NCBI RefSeq assembly: GCF_044647545.1
Contig: NZ_CP172818.1
Length of the DNA stretch: 64,000 bases
Source: Escherichia coli
Lineage (GTDB): Bacteria; Pseudomonadota; Gammaproteobacteria; Enterobacterales; Enterobacteriaceae
Direction: 5' to 3' (one strand)
In this document: in pieces, positions 20,554 to 31,669 of the stretch
Layout: each line of letters starts with the position of its first letter
Numbering within the stretch: position 1 is the stretch's first letter
Program-made: the position numbers and the translations under genes
The notes under the pieces: generated by a model
The model's input: the letters and a program-made list of their open reading frames with translations, nothing else
What the model was told of the DNA's origin: nothing
Database searches by the model: none

Positions 20554-22812
20554 ATGCGCGTAGATGCCATTGCTAAGGTCACCGGGCGGGCACGATATAC
20601 TGACGATTATGTTATGGCGGGCATGTGTTACGCGAAATATGTACGTAGCCCTATCGCACATGGTTATGCCGTAAGTATTAATGATGAACAAGCCAGAAGT
20701 TTACCGGGCGTACTGGCGATTTTTACCTGGGAAGATGTGCCTGATATCCCATTCGCTACAGCTGGGCATGCCTGGACACTTGACGAAAACAAGCGCGATA
20801 CCGCCGATCGCGCACTGCTAACTCGCCATGTTCGTCACCATGGTGACGCCGTTGCCATCGTCGTGGCCCGTGATGAACTCACGGCAGAAAAAGCGGCGCA
20901 ATTGGTCAGCATTGAGTGGCAAGAATTACCCGTTATCACCACCCCAGAAGCGGCGCTGGCTGATGACGCTGAACCAATCCATAACGGCGGCAATTTACTA
21001 AAACAAAGCACGATGTCGACGGGCAATGTCCAACAAACAATCGATGCCGCCGACTACCAGGTACAGGGGCACTATCAGACGCCGGTCATTCAACATTGTC
21101 ACATGGAAAGCGTGACATCGCTGGCATGGATGGAGGATGACTCGCGAATTACCATCGTTTCCAGCACCCAGATCCCACACATTGTTCGCCGTGTGGTTGG
21201 TCAGGCGCTGAATATTCCCTGGTCATGCGTACGAGTCATCAAACCGTTTGTCGGTGGCGGTTTTGGTAATAAACAGGATGTACTGGAAGAGCCAATGGCG
21301 GCATTCCTGACCAGCAAGCTTGGCGGCATTCCGGTGAAAGTTTCCCTTAGCCGTGAAGAGTGTTTCCTCGCAACCCGTACCCGCCACGCTTTTACTATTG
21401 ACGGGCAAATGGGCGTGAACCGCGACGGAACATTGAAAGGTTATAGTCTGGATGTTCTGTCTAACACCGGCGCTTACGCATCTCACGGGCACTCCATCGC
21501 TTCTGCGGGGGGGAATAAAGTCGCTTACCTTTATCCTCGTTGTGCCTACGCTTACAGTTCAAAGACCTGCTATACCAACCTCCCCTCGGCTGGTGCGATG
21601 CGTGGTTATGGCGCGCCACAAGTCGTATTTGCCGTTGAGTCTATGCTTGATGACGCCGCGACAGCGTTAGGTATTGATCCTGTTGAAATTCGTTTACGCA
21701 ACGCCGCCCGCGAAGGAGATGCTAATCCGCTCACGGGCAAACGTATTTACAGCGCAGGGTTGCCGGAGTGTCTTGAAAAAGGCCGGAAAATCTTTGAATG
21801 GGAAAAACGCCGTGCAGAGTGCCAGAACCAGAAAGGCAATTTACGCCGCGGCGTTGGCGTCGCCTGTTTTAGCTACACCTCGAACACCTGGCCTGTCGGC
21901 GTAGAAATAGCAGGCGCGCGCCTTCTGATGAATCAGGATGGAACCATCAACGTGCAAAGCGGCGCGACGGAAATCGGTCAGGGTGCCGACACCGTCTTCT
22001 CGCAAATGGTGGCAGAAACCGTGGGGGTTCCGGTCAGCGACGTTCGCGTTATTTCAACACAAGATACCGATGTTACGCCGTTCGATCCCGGCGCATTTGC
22101 CTCACGCCAGAGCTATGTTGCCGCGCCTGCGCTGCGCAGTGCGGCACTGTTATTAAAAGAGAAAATCATCGCTCACGCCGCAGTCATGCTACATCAGTCA
22201 GCGATGAATCTGACCCTGATAAAAGGCCATATCGTGCTGATTGAACGACCGGAAGAACCGTTAATGTCGTTAAAAGATTTGGCGATGGACGCTTTCTACC
22301 ACCCTGAACGCGGCGGGCAGCTCTCTGCTGAAAGCTCCATCAAAACCACCACTAACCCACCGGCGTTTGGCTGTACCTTTGTTGATCTGACGGTCGATAT
22401 TGCGCTGTGTAAAGTCACCATCAACCGCATCCTCAACGTTCATGATTCGGGGCATATTCTAAATCCGCTGCTGGCAGAAGGTCAGGTACACGGCGGAATG
22501 GGAATGGGCATTGGCTGGGCGCTATTTGAAGAGATGATCATCGATGCGAAAAGCGGCGTGGTCCGTAACCCCAATCTGCTGGATTACAAAATGCCGACCA
22601 TGCCGGATCTGCCACAACTGGAAAGCGCGTTCGTCGAAATCAATGAGCCGCAATCCGCATACGGACATAAGTCACTGGGTGAGCCACCAATAATTCCTGT
22701 TGCCGCTGCTATTCGTAACGCGGTGAAGATGGCTACCGGTGTTGCAATCAATACACTGCCGCTGACGCCAAAACGGTTATATGAAGAGTTCCATCTGGCA
22801 GGATTGATTTGA
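20554..22812 (+). CDS. xdhA: Xanthine dehydrogenase molybdenum-binding subunit
   Basis: ORF 20515..22812; the start MRVDAIAKVTGRARYTDDY at 20554 is recalled as the XdhA N-terminus; aldehyde oxidase/xanthine dehydrogenase MoCo-binding family. Confidence 0.9.
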   Translation: MRVDAIAKVTGRARYTDDYVMAGMCYAKYVRSPIAHGYAVSINDEQARSLPGVLAIFTWEDVPDIPFATAGHAWTLDENKRDTADRALLTRHVRHHGDAVAIVVARDELTAEKAAQLVSIEWQELPVITTPEAALADDAEPIHNGGNLLKQSTMSTGNVQQTIDAADYQVQGHYQTPVIQHCHMESVTSLAWMEDDSRITIVSSTQIPHIVRRVVGQALNIPWSCVRVIKPFVGGGFGNKQDVLEEPMAAFLTSKLGGIPVKVSLSREECFLATRTRHAFTIDGQMGVNRDGTLKGYSLDVLSNTGAYASHGHSIASAGGNKVAYLYPRCAYAYSSKTCYTNLPSAGAMRGYGAPQVVFAVESMLDDAATALGIDPVEIRLRNAAREGDANPLTGKRIYSAGLPECLEKGRKIFEWEKRRAECQNQKGNLRRGVGVACFSYTSNTWPVGVEIAGARLLMNQDGTINVQSGATEIGQGADTVFSQMVAETVGVPVSDVRVISTQDTDVTPFDPGAFASRQSYVAAPALRSAALLLKEKIIAHAAVMLHQSAMNLTLIKGHIVLIERPEEPLMSLKDLAMDAFYHPERGGQLSAESSIKTTTNPPAFGCTFVDLTVDIALCKVTINRILNVHDSGHILNPLLAEGQVHGGMGMGIGWALFEEMIIDAKSGVVRNPNLLDYKMPTMPDLPQLESAFVEINEPQSAYGHKSLGEPPIIPVAAAIRNAVKMATGVAINTLPLTPKRLYEEFHLAGLI

Positions 22813-22822
22813 GGATAACATC

Positions 22823-23701
22823 ATGTTTGATTTTACTTCTTACCATCGCGCAGCAACCCTTGCCGATGCCATCAACCTGCTGGCTGACAACCCGCAGGCC
22901 AAACTGCTCGCCGGTGGCACTGACGTACTGATTCAGCTCCACCATCACAATGACCGTTATCGCCATATTGTTGATATTCATAATCTGGCGGAGCTGCGGG
23001 GAATTACGCTGGCGGAAGATGGCTCACTACGTATCGGCTCTGCAACGACATTTACCCAGCTCATTGAAGATCCTGTAACTCAACGTCATCTCCCGGCGTT
23101 ATGTGCTGCGGCCTCATCCATTGCCGGACCGCAGATCCGTAACGTCGCTACCTACGGTGGAAATATTTGCAACGGTGCTACCAGCGCAGATTCTGCCACG
23201 CCAACGCTAATTTATGACGCGAAACTGGAGATTCACTCCCCGCGCGGTGTTCGTTTCGTCCCGATTAATGGCTTTCACACTGAGCCGGGCAAAGTGTCTC
23301 TTGAGCATGACGAAATCCTTGTCGCCTTTCATTTTCCGCCCCAGCCGAAAGAACACGCGGGCAGCGCGCATTTTAAATATGCCATGCGCGACGCAATGGA
23401 TATTTCAACGATTGGCTGTGCCGCACATTGCCGACTGGATAACGGCAATTTCAGCGAATTACGCCTGGCATTTGGTGTTGCCGCGCCAACGCCGATTCGC
23501 TGCCAACATGCCGAACAGACTGCACAAAATGCGCCATTAAACCTGCAAACGCTGGAAGCTATCAGCGAATCTGTCCTGCAAGATGTCGCCCCGCGTTCTT
23601 CATGGCGGGCCAGTAAAGAGTTTCGTCTGCATCTCATCCAGACGATGACCAAAAAAGTGATTAGCGAAGCCGTCGCCGCGGCGGGGGGAAAATTGCAATG
23701 A
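22823..23701 (+). CDS. xdhB: Xanthine dehydrogenase FAD-binding subunit
   Basis: 292 aa, CO dehydrogenase flavoprotein-like; 10 nt after xdhA. Confidence 0.9.
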
Positions 23702-24177
23702 ATCACAGCGAAACAATTACCATCGAATGCACCATTAACGGGATGCCTTTTCAGCTTCACGCCGCACCAGGCACGCCGCTCTCGGAATTACTCCGCGAAC
23801 AAGGACTGCTAAGTGTCAAACAAGGGTGCTGCGTGGGTGAATGTGGTGCCTGTACGGTGCTGGTCGACGGCACAGCAATAGACAGTTGCTTATACCTTGC
23901 CGCCTGGGCTGAAGGAAAAGAGATCCGCACGCTGGAAGGTGAAGCGAAAGGCGGAAAACTTTCTCATGTTCAGCAGGCTTATGCGAAATCCGGCGCAGTG
24001 CAGTGCGGGTTTTGTACGCCAGGCCTGATTATGGCTACCACGGCAATGCTGGCGAAACCACGCGAGAAGCCATTAACCATTACGGAAATTCGTCGCGGAC
24101 TGGCGGGAAATCTTTGTCGCTGCACGGGGTATCAGATGATTGTAAATACAGTTCTGGATTGCGAGAAAACGAAGTAA
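23698..24177 (+). CDS. xdhC: Xanthine dehydrogenase iron-sulfur ([2Fe-2S]) subunit
   Basis: 159 aa; 2Fe-2S cysteine motifs ([24 protein letters not shown]); 4-nt overlap with xdhB. Confidence 0.9.
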
Positions 24178-24183
24178 AAGGAT

Positions 24184-24207
24184 ATCCGGCCTGAATTCAG
24201 GCCGGAT
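24184..24207. terminator. Palindromic hairpin between convergent xdhC and ygeV (likely bidirectional terminator)
   Basis: Perfect palindrome atccggcctgaa ttcaggccggat; flanked by an A/T-rich stretch on the ygeV side. Confidence 0.55.
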
Positions 24208-24216
24208 TCACTGAGG

Positions 24217-25995
24217 TTATGTGTTTAACAACTCATATTTCTTAATCTTGCGATAGAGCGTAGCAATGCCGATGCCCAGTTCATCAGCAACTTCCTTCTT
24301 GCTGTTATGACGTGAAAGCGCCTCGCGGATCATTTGCTTTTCCATCTCCTCCAGCGCCGTGCCGCCCGCATCATCGAGTGACAGGTGCGCCTCACTGACC
24401 TCTGTTACATCACTTTGCTCCGTTGTGCCATTATTCAGCAGATTTGGTGGCAATAGCGTGCTGTCGATAACTTCACCTGAAGGAACCACGTTAACCAGAT
24501 ATTCCATCAAATTGCTTAACTCGCGCAGGTTTCCGGGCCAACGATGCTTACGCAATATTTCGACGACATCCGGAGCAATGCCAGGATAAACCGATCCCAG
24601 ACGACGGGTATGCAGATGTAAAAAGTAATGCACCAGTAATTCAATATCTTCCTGACGTTCACGCAGCGGTGGAAGAGTTATCGGGATAACATTAAGTCGG
24701 TAGAAGAGATCTTCGCGGAATTTACCTTCGGCAATGAACTGGGCCAAATTCTGATTAGTTGCAGAAATGATGCGGATGTCGACTTGTATTGGGCTACTGG
24801 CACCAATCGGCAGAATTTCACGCGCCTCAATAGCGCGCAGTAATTTAGCCTGCAACATTAATGGCATATCACCAATTTCATCGAGAAACAGCGTGCCCGT
24901 ATTCGCCGCCTGAATCAACCCTGTTTTACCGTTGGCAGAAGCGCCAGTAAATGCGCCTTTAACATAACCGAACAGTTCGCTCTCCAGAAGCTGTTCCGGA
25001 ATCGCGGCACAGTTGATAGCAATAAAGGGTTTATTCCGTCTTCCGCTCAACTTATGGATTGCACGGGCGACGACTTCTTTACCTGTGCCGCTTTCACCAA
25101 CCACCATAACGCTGGATGGGCTGGGTGCAATACGGCTAATGAGTCGTTTTAATTGCCGCATAACACGGCACTCGCCAACCAATTGTTCAATATGCGGTTC
25201 ATCAGGTGCATTTGCTACAGAAAAACTGGTATGCGATTGGTGAAACGCCATTAAAAATAGTTGTCGGCCCTGGATGTTATGCAACTGACCAATGATTAAT
25301 TCACTTTTATCATCCCACGAAACAATATGTTGCATATGACCATGGGTAAAATTACTCTCAAATGTTAATGGTCTGAAACGAACAGGTTTTCCAATAATAT
25401 TATTTTGTACAACACCGAGTGTTTTTAAAGCTGTCTGATTAACAAATTGAACACGATTATCAGCATCAACCACTAACACGCCCTGATCCATATTATCGAT
25501 CATGGTCGCGAATATTTTACTGATGTTATCTCCTGGTCCCTGATCCTCCAGAAGTTTAGAAACAAAAATGGTGGATATATGGCGAACGTAATCAGAAAAT
25601 TCGCGTAAATTATCACTAATATGCTCTTGTTGCTCGTGGGTAACGGCAATCAAACTTATCACTCCAACACAACGATCCTGTAAAATGACAGGCGTACCCA
25701 GAAATGCTTTTTCGCGGCAATTTTCTTTACTATCGCAACCTTCACAAAGGGGATCGAAGCGAGACTGTGTCACAACTTTTTCAGTTTTCGTTTCCAGGAC
25801 GTGGCGGAGCAGGCGTGAGTTGCCGCTCAACTGGCGACCAAGAAACTTCCCATACGCGCCCGTTCCGGCGACGCGACACAAGTTTTCATCAACGATCTCA
25901 ACCTCAAGCTGCAAAACGCTGGCAAGCATTCTGGCAAAACGCTGAATTGTCGGTTGAATTTGCATCAATACTGACTGCGTAGTAGCAAGCTCCAT
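24217..25995 (-). CDS. ygeV: Sigma-54-dependent transcriptional activator (sensory N-terminus + AAA+ + Fis-type HTH)
   Basis: 592 aa; Walker A (GESGTGKE), GAFTGA motif (YVKGAFTGASANGKTG) and C-terminal HTH, typical of bacterial enhancer-binding proteins. Confidence 0.9.
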   Translation of the reverse strand: MELATTQSVLMQIQPTIQRFARMLASVLQLEVEIVDENLCRVAGTGAYGKFLGRQLSGNSRLLRHVLETKTEKVVTQSRFDPLCEGCDSKENCREKAFLGTPVILQDRCVGVISLIAVTHEQQEHISDNLREFSDYVRHISTIFVSKLLEDQGPGDNISKIFATMIDNMDQGVLVVDADNRVQFVNQTALKTLGVVQNNIIGKPVRFRPLTFESNFTHGHMQHIVSWDDKSELIIGQLHNIQGRQLFLMAFHQSHTSFSVANAPDEPHIEQLVGECRVMRQLKRLISRIAPSPSSVMVVGESGTGKEVVARAIHKLSGRRNKPFIAINCAAIPEQLLESELFGYVKGAFTGASANGKTGLIQAANTGTLFLDEIGDMPLMLQAKLLRAIEAREILPIGASSPIQVDIRIISATNQNLAQFIAEGKFREDLFYRLNVIPITLPPLRERQEDIELLVHYFLHLHTRRLGSVYPGIAPDVVEILRKHRWPGNLRELSNLMEYLVNVVPSGEVIDSTLLPPNLLNNGTTEQSDVTEVSEAHLSLDDAGGTALEEMEKQMIREALSRHNSKKEVADELGIGIATLYRKIKKYELLNT

Positions 25996-26364
25996 AGCTT
26001 TACCTTCCAGACTTACTTAAAAGTCGATCATTGAAGACGTTGATGGTTCATAGATCATGATGATATTAACTCAGGCGAAATTGGCTTTGATAAAAACATA
26101 AGATTTTTATCACTTTCTAATGAAATTATGGAAGAGATATCACATTTCTATATCAATATGAGAATTACGGCGGTGAGTTTATCAAACTGAAGAGAGATCG
26201 CCTGTCCCTTTATCTTATTTCTGATACTTAGCAGCAAATAAATAACGCGATAAAAAAAGCCAAACGTTTTCGTATTTTACAAACAACCGGAAGCTGGCAT
26301 CAATTTGTGATCAACCCCACACATTATCCGTCAAATTAGTCTTTTGCAGCCCCGTGGATAATTC

Positions 26365-26380
26365 TGGCACACTTATTGTT
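26365..26380 (+). promoter_or_regulatory. Candidate sigma-54 (-24/-12) promoter upstream of ygeW
   Basis: TGGCAC-acttA-TTGTT resembles TGGCAC-N5-TTGCA with one mismatch at the -12 GC; about 90 nt upstream of ygeW and divergent from ygeV. Confidence 0.25.
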
Positions 26381-26470
26381 AGTCCCAGGTATAGCTGTGA
26401 AAACACCAATCACTTTGGCAAGTCACAGTGAAATAAACCACTTTGCCTGTCATTCCACTACCGGGACTTT

Positions 26471-27661
26471 ATGATGAAAACTGTTAATGAGCTGATTAAG
26501 GATATCAATTCGCTGACCTCTCACCTTCACGAGAAAGATTTTTTGTTAACGTGGGAACAGACGCCAGATGAACTGAAACAAGTACTGGACGTTGCCGCAG
26601 CATTAAAAGCACTGCGTGCTGAAAACATCTCAACCAAAGTCTTTAATAGTGGATTAGGTATTTCCGTATTCCGCGACAACTCCACCCGTACCCGCTTCTC
26701 TTATGCTTCCGCGCTTAACCTGCTCGGCCTTGCACAGCAAGATCTCGACGAAGGCAAATCACAAATCGCTCACGGCGAAACCGTGCGTGAAACCGCCAAT
26801 ATGATCTCCTTCTGCGCCGACGCTATTGGTATTCGCGACGATATGTATCTGGGCGCAGGCAACGCCTATATGCGTGAAGTTGGCGCTGCACTTGATGACG
26901 GTTACAAGCAGGGTGTGCTGCCGCAACGTCCGGCTTTAGTGAACCTGCAATGCGATATTGACCACCCGACTCAGTCAATGGCTGACCTGGCATGGTTACG
27001 TGAACACTTTGGTTCACTGGAAAACCTGAAAGGTAAAAAAATCGCCATGACCTGGGCCTACTCCCCAAGCTATGGCAAACCGCTCTCTGTACCACAAGGC
27101 ATCATCGGTCTGATGACTCGCTTCGGTATGGATGTCACCCTGGCCCATCCGGAAGGCTACGACCTGATCCCGGATGTCGTTGAAGTCGCTAAAAACAATG
27201 CTAAAGCCTCCGGCGGTAGCTTCCGTCAGGTCACCAGCATGGAAGAAGCCTTCAAAGACGCAGACATCGTTTATCCGAAGTCATGGGCACCTTACAAAGT
27301 GATGGAAGAGCGTACTGAATTGCTGCGTGCGAACGATCACGAAGGCTTAAAAGCACTGGAAAAACAGTGTCTGGCACAGAACGCGCAACACAAAGACTGG
27401 CATTGTACTGAAGAGATGATGGAACTGACCCGTGATGGCGAAGCCCTGTACATGCACTGCCTGCCAGCTGATATCAGCGGTGTATCCTGCAAAGAAGGTG
27501 AAGTGACTGAAGGCGTATTCGAAAAATACCGTATCGCTACCTACAAAGAAGCCAGCTGGAAGCCTTATATCATCGCCGCGATGATCCTGTCCCGTAAATA
27601 CGCCAAACCAGGTGCACTGCTCGAGCAACTGCTGAAAGAAGCGCAAGAACGCGTGAAATAA
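26471..27661 (+). CDS. ygeW: Carbamoyltransferase of the ATCase/OTCase superfamily, substrate unknown
   Basis: 396 aa; transcarbamylase carbamoyl-phosphate-binding motif STRTR and HCLP motif present; matches YgeW. Confidence 0.88.
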   Translation: MMKTVNELIKDINSLTSHLHEKDFLLTWEQTPDELKQVLDVAAALKALRAENISTKVFNSGLGISVFRDNSTRTRFSYASALNLLGLAQQDLDEGKSQIAHGETVRETANMISFCADAIGIRDDMYLGAGNAYMREVGAALDDGYKQGVLPQRPALVNLQCDIDHPTQSMADLAWLREHFGSLENLKGKKIAMTWAYSPSYGKPLSVPQGIIGLMTRFGMDVTLAHPEGYDLIPDVVEVAKNNAKASGGSFRQVTSMEEAFKDADIVYPKSWAPYKVMEERTELLRANDHEGLKALEKQCLAQNAQHKDWHCTEEMMELTRDGEALYMHCLPADISGVSCKEGEVTEGVFEKYRIATYKEASWKPYIIAAMILSRKYAKPGALLEQLLKEAQERVK

Positions 27662-27718
27662 CCCCTCGGGCCGATCAGCTGGTCGGCCCTCTATTTCCAG
27701 AGGCCAAAAGGATAGGAT

Positions 27719-28915
27719 ATGTCCGTTTTCTCATTGAAGATTGATATCGCCGATAACAAATTTTTCAACGGCGAAACATCACCGCTCTTTTCGCAAAGCC
27801 AGGCCAAACTGGCGCGCCAGTTCCACCAGAAAATTGCTGGTTATCGCCCAACACCGCTTTGTGCGCTGGACGATCTCGCAAACCTTTTTGGTGTGAAGAA
27901 AATTCTCGTCAAAGACGAATCAAAACGATTCGGTCTGAACGCCTTCAAAATGCTCGGCGGTGCGTACGCCATCGCTCAATTATTGTGTGAAAAATATCAT
28001 CTTGATATCGAAACGCTGTCATTTGAGCATCTGAAAAATGCCATCGGCGAAAAAATGACCTTCGCGACCACCACCGACGGCAACCACGGGCGCGGTGTGG
28101 CATGGGCAGCACAGCAACTCGGACAGAATGCGGTGATTTACATGCCGAAAGGTTCTGCTCAGGAACGCGTTGACGCCATTCTGAACCTCGGTGCCGAGTG
28201 CATCGTCACGGATATGAACTATGACGATACCGTTCGCCTGACCATGCAACACGCGCAGCAGCACGGCTGGGAAGTGGTACAGGATACAGCATGGGAAGGT
28301 TACACCAAAATCCCAACCTGGATCATGCAAGGCTACGCAACCCTGGCAGATGAAGCCGTCGAGCAAATGCGTGAAATGGGCGTAACCCCGACGCACGTTC
28401 TGCTGCAAGCCGGTGTCGGTGCAATGGCCGGTGGTGTGCTGGGTTATCTGGTCGACGTCTATAGCCCGCAAAATCTGCACAGCATTATTGTTGAACCTGA
28501 CAAAGCTGACTGTATTTATCGCTCCGGCGTCAAAGGCGACATCGTCAACGTTGGCGGTGATATGGCCACCATCATGGCGGGCCTGGCCTGTGGCGAACCT
28601 AACCCGCTGGGCTGGGAAATCCTACGTAACTGCGCCACCCAATTCATCTCCTGCCAGGACAGCGTTGCCGCATTAGGTATGCGCGTGCTGGGTAATCCGT
28701 ACGGCAACGACCCGCGCATCATCTCCGGTGAATCCGGCGCTGTCGGTTTGGGCGTTCTCGCGGCGGTTCATTATCACCCGCAACGTCAAAGCCTGATGGA
28801 AAAACTGGCGCTGAACAAAGATGCCGTAGTGCTGGTTATCAGCACTGAAGGCGACACAGACGTGAAGCACTACCGCGAAGTTGTCTGGGAAGGCAAACAC
28901 GCTGTAGCACCTTAA
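27719..28915 (+). CDS. ygeX: Diaminopropionate ammonia-lyase (PLP-dependent, fold type II)
   Basis: 398 aa; recognised as YgeX/DpaL. Confidence 0.88.
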   Translation: MSVFSLKIDIADNKFFNGETSPLFSQSQAKLARQFHQKIAGYRPTPLCALDDLANLFGVKKILVKDESKRFGLNAFKMLGGAYAIAQLLCEKYHLDIETLSFEHLKNAIGEKMTFATTTDGNHGRGVAWAAQQLGQNAVIYMPKGSAQERVDAILNLGAECIVTDMNYDDTVRLTMQHAQQHGWEVVQDTAWEGYTKIPTWIMQGYATLADEAVEQMREMGVTPTHVLLQAGVGAMAGGVLGYLVDVYSPQNLHSIIVEPDKADCIYRSGVKGDIVNVGGDMATIMAGLACGEPNPLGWEILRNCATQFISCQDSVAALGMRVLGNPYGNDPRIISGESGAVGLGVLAAVHYHPQRQSLMEKLALNKDAVVLVISTEGDTDVKHYREVVWEGKHAVAP

Positions 28916-28972
28916 TCACCCTATTGGAACTGCTCCCTGCAAAACGGGGAGTAAAAAATCTGGAGAAAAATA

Positions 28973-30184
28973 ATGGCTAAGAATATTCCATTCAAACTGA
29001 TTCTTGAAAAAGCAAAAGATTACCAGGCGGACATGACTCGCTTCCTGCGCGACATGGTTGCTATTCCCAGTGAAAGCTGCGACGAAAAACGCGTAGTACA
29101 TCGTATTAAAGAAGAGATGGAAAAAGTCGGCTTCGATAAAGTTGAAATCGACCCGATGGGCAACGTTCTCGGTTATATCGGCCACGGCCCGCGTCTGGTG
29201 GCAATGGACGCTCATATCGATACCGTCGGTATTGGCAACATCAAAAACTGGGACTTCGATCCGTACGAAGGCATGGAAACTGATGAGCTGATCGGTGGTC
29301 GCGGTACTTCCGACCAGGAAGGCGGCATGGCATCTATGGTTTATGCCGGTAAAATCATTAAAGACCTCGGTCTGGAAGATGAATATACCCTGCTGGTTAC
29401 CGGTACTGTGCAGGAAGAAGACTGCGACGGCCTGTGCTGGCAGTACATTATTGAACAATCCGGCATTCGCCCGGAATTTGTGGTCAGTACCGAACCAACC
29501 GACTGCCAGGTATACCGTGGTCAGCGCGGTCGTATGGAAATTCGTATTGATGTTCAGGGTGTTAGCTGCCACGGTTCTGCACCAGAACGCGGTGACAACG
29601 CCATTTTCAAAATGGGTCCGATTCTTGGCGAATTACAAGAACTCTCCCAACGTCTGGGTTATGACGAATTCCTCGGCAAAGGCACCCTCACCGTTTCTGA
29701 AATCTTCTTCACATCCCCAAGCCGTTGCGCTGTAGCAGATAGCTGCGCCGTCTCTATTGACCGCCGTCTGACCTGGGGCGAAACCTGGGAAGGCGCGCTG
29801 GACGAAATCCGCGCCCTGCCTGCAGTACAGAAAGCTAACGCGGTTGTTTCTATGTACAACTACGACCGTCCGTCCTGGACTGGCCTGGTTTACCCAACCG
29901 AATGCTACTTCCCGACCTGGAAAGTGGAAGAAGATCACTTCACCGTTAAAGCACTGGTGAATGCCTACGAAGGGCTGTTTGGCAAAGCGCCGGTTGTTGA
30001 TAAGTGGACCTTCTCAACTAACGGCGTATCTATCATGGGCCGTCACGGCATTCCGGTGATCGGCTTTGGCCCGGGTAAAGAACCTGAAGCGCATGCACCT
30101 AACGAAAAAACCTGGAAATCTCACCTGGTGACCTGTGCCGCGATGTACGCTGCAATCCCGTTAAGCTGGCTGGCAACCGAATAA
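28973..30184 (+). CDS. ygeY: M20 family peptidase/amidohydrolase (ArgE/DapE/ACY1-like)
   Basis: 403 aa; matches YgeY. Confidence 0.88.
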
Positions 30185-30236
30185 TTACTCTTCACTTATT
30201 CCCCTCCGGTTCGCCGGAGGGTTTTTGGAGTTTGCT

Positions 30237-31622
30237 ATGCGCGTATTGATCAAAAACGGCACTGTCGTTAACGCAGATGGACAAGCCAAACAGGATTTGC
30301 TGATTGAAAGCGGGATTGTTCGCCAGTTGGGCAACAATATTTCGCCGCAGCTCCCGTATGAAGAAATTGATGCCACTGGCTGTTACGTTTTCCCTGGCGG
30401 CGTGGATGTCCATACGCATTTCAATATTGATGTCGGCATCGCGCGCAGTTGTGATGATTTTTTTACCGGTACCCGCGCAGCTGCGTGTGGCGGTACAACA
30501 ACCATTATTGACCATATGGGATTTGGCCCGAATGGCTGCCGGTTACGCCATCAACTGGAGGTTTATCGTGGTTATGCCGCCCATAAGGCGGTCATCGACT
30601 ACAGCTTTCACGGTGTGATCCAGCACATTAATCACGCCATCCTCGACGAAATCCCGATGATGGTCGAGGAAGGGCTGAGCAGTTTTAAACTCTATTTAAC
30701 CTATCAATACAAACTCAACGATGATGAAGTGTTGCAGGCATTACGCCGCTTGCATGAATCCGGCGCGCTGACCACCGTGCACCCGGAAAATGACGCAGCT
30801 ATCGCCAGCAAGCGGGCGGAGTTTATCGCCGCAGGGTTAACCGCGCCGCGTTATCATGCCTTGAGTCGACCTCTGGAATGCGAAGCGGAAGCCATCGCCC
30901 GCATGATTAACCTGGCACAAATTGCCGGTAACGCCCCGCTCTATATCGTGCACCTGTCTAACGGCTTAGGTCTGGATTATCTGCGTCTTGCCCGTGCGAA
31001 TCACCAGCCAGTCTGGGTTGAAACCTGCCCACAATATCTCCTGTTGGACGAACGCAGTTACGATACAGAAGATGGCATGAAGTTCATTCTTAGCCCACCG
31101 CTGCGTAACGTACGCGAGCAGGACAAACTGTGGTGTGGCATCAGCGATGGTGCGATTGACGTGGTAGCGACCGATCACTGCACGTTCTCAATGGCTCAAC
31201 GCCTGCAAATTTCTAAAGGCGATTTCAGTCGTTGCCCAAATGGCTTACCCGGTGTGGAAAACCGCATGCAACTGCTGTTCTCCAGTGGCGTGATGACGGG
31301 ACGTATCTCACCGGAGCGTTTTGTTGAATTAACCAGCGCGATGCCCGCCAGGCTGTTTGGCCTGTGGCCGCAAAAAGGATTATTAGCGCCCGGTTCCGAT
31401 GGCGACGTGGTGATTATCGACCCACGCCAGAGCCAACAAATTCAGCATCGCCATCTCCACGACAACGCTGACTATTCGCCATGGGAGGGTTTTACCTGTC
31501 AGGGCGCGATTGTCAGAACCTTATCCCGTGGTGAAACGATTTTCTGTGACGGCACCTTTACAGGCAAAGCCGGGCGAGGTCGTTTCCTGCGACGCAAACC
31601 GTTTGTCCCTCCCGTGCTCTAA
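30237..31622 (+). CDS. hyuA: D-phenylhydantoinase / dihydropyrimidinase-family cyclic amidohydrolase
   Basis: ORF 30225..31622; start MRVLIKNGTVVNADG at 30237; metal-binding HTH motif (GGVDVHTHF). Confidence 0.88.
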   Translation: MRVLIKNGTVVNADGQAKQDLLIESGIVRQLGNNISPQLPYEEIDATGCYVFPGGVDVHTHFNIDVGIARSCDDFFTGTRAAACGGTTTIIDHMGFGPNGCRLRHQLEVYRGYAAHKAVIDYSFHGVIQHINHAILDEIPMMVEEGLSSFKLYLTYQYKLNDDEVLQALRRLHESGALTTVHPENDAAIASKRAEFIAAGLTAPRYHALSRPLECEAEAIARMINLAQIAGNAPLYIVHLSNGLGLDYLRLARANHQPVWVETCPQYLLLDERSYDTEDGMKFILSPPLRNVREQDKLWCGISDGAIDVVATDHCTFSMAQRLQISKGDFSRCPNGLPGVENRMQLLFSSGVMTGRISPERFVELTSAMPARLFGLWPQKGLLAPGSDGDVVIIDPRQSQQIQHRHLHDNADYSPWEGFTCQGAIVRTLSRGETIFCDGTFTGKAGRGRFLRRKPFVPPVL

Positions 31623-31669
31623 CCACTGCCAGGGATCTATACACAATCAAGAATGATGAGTGAGGAAAA

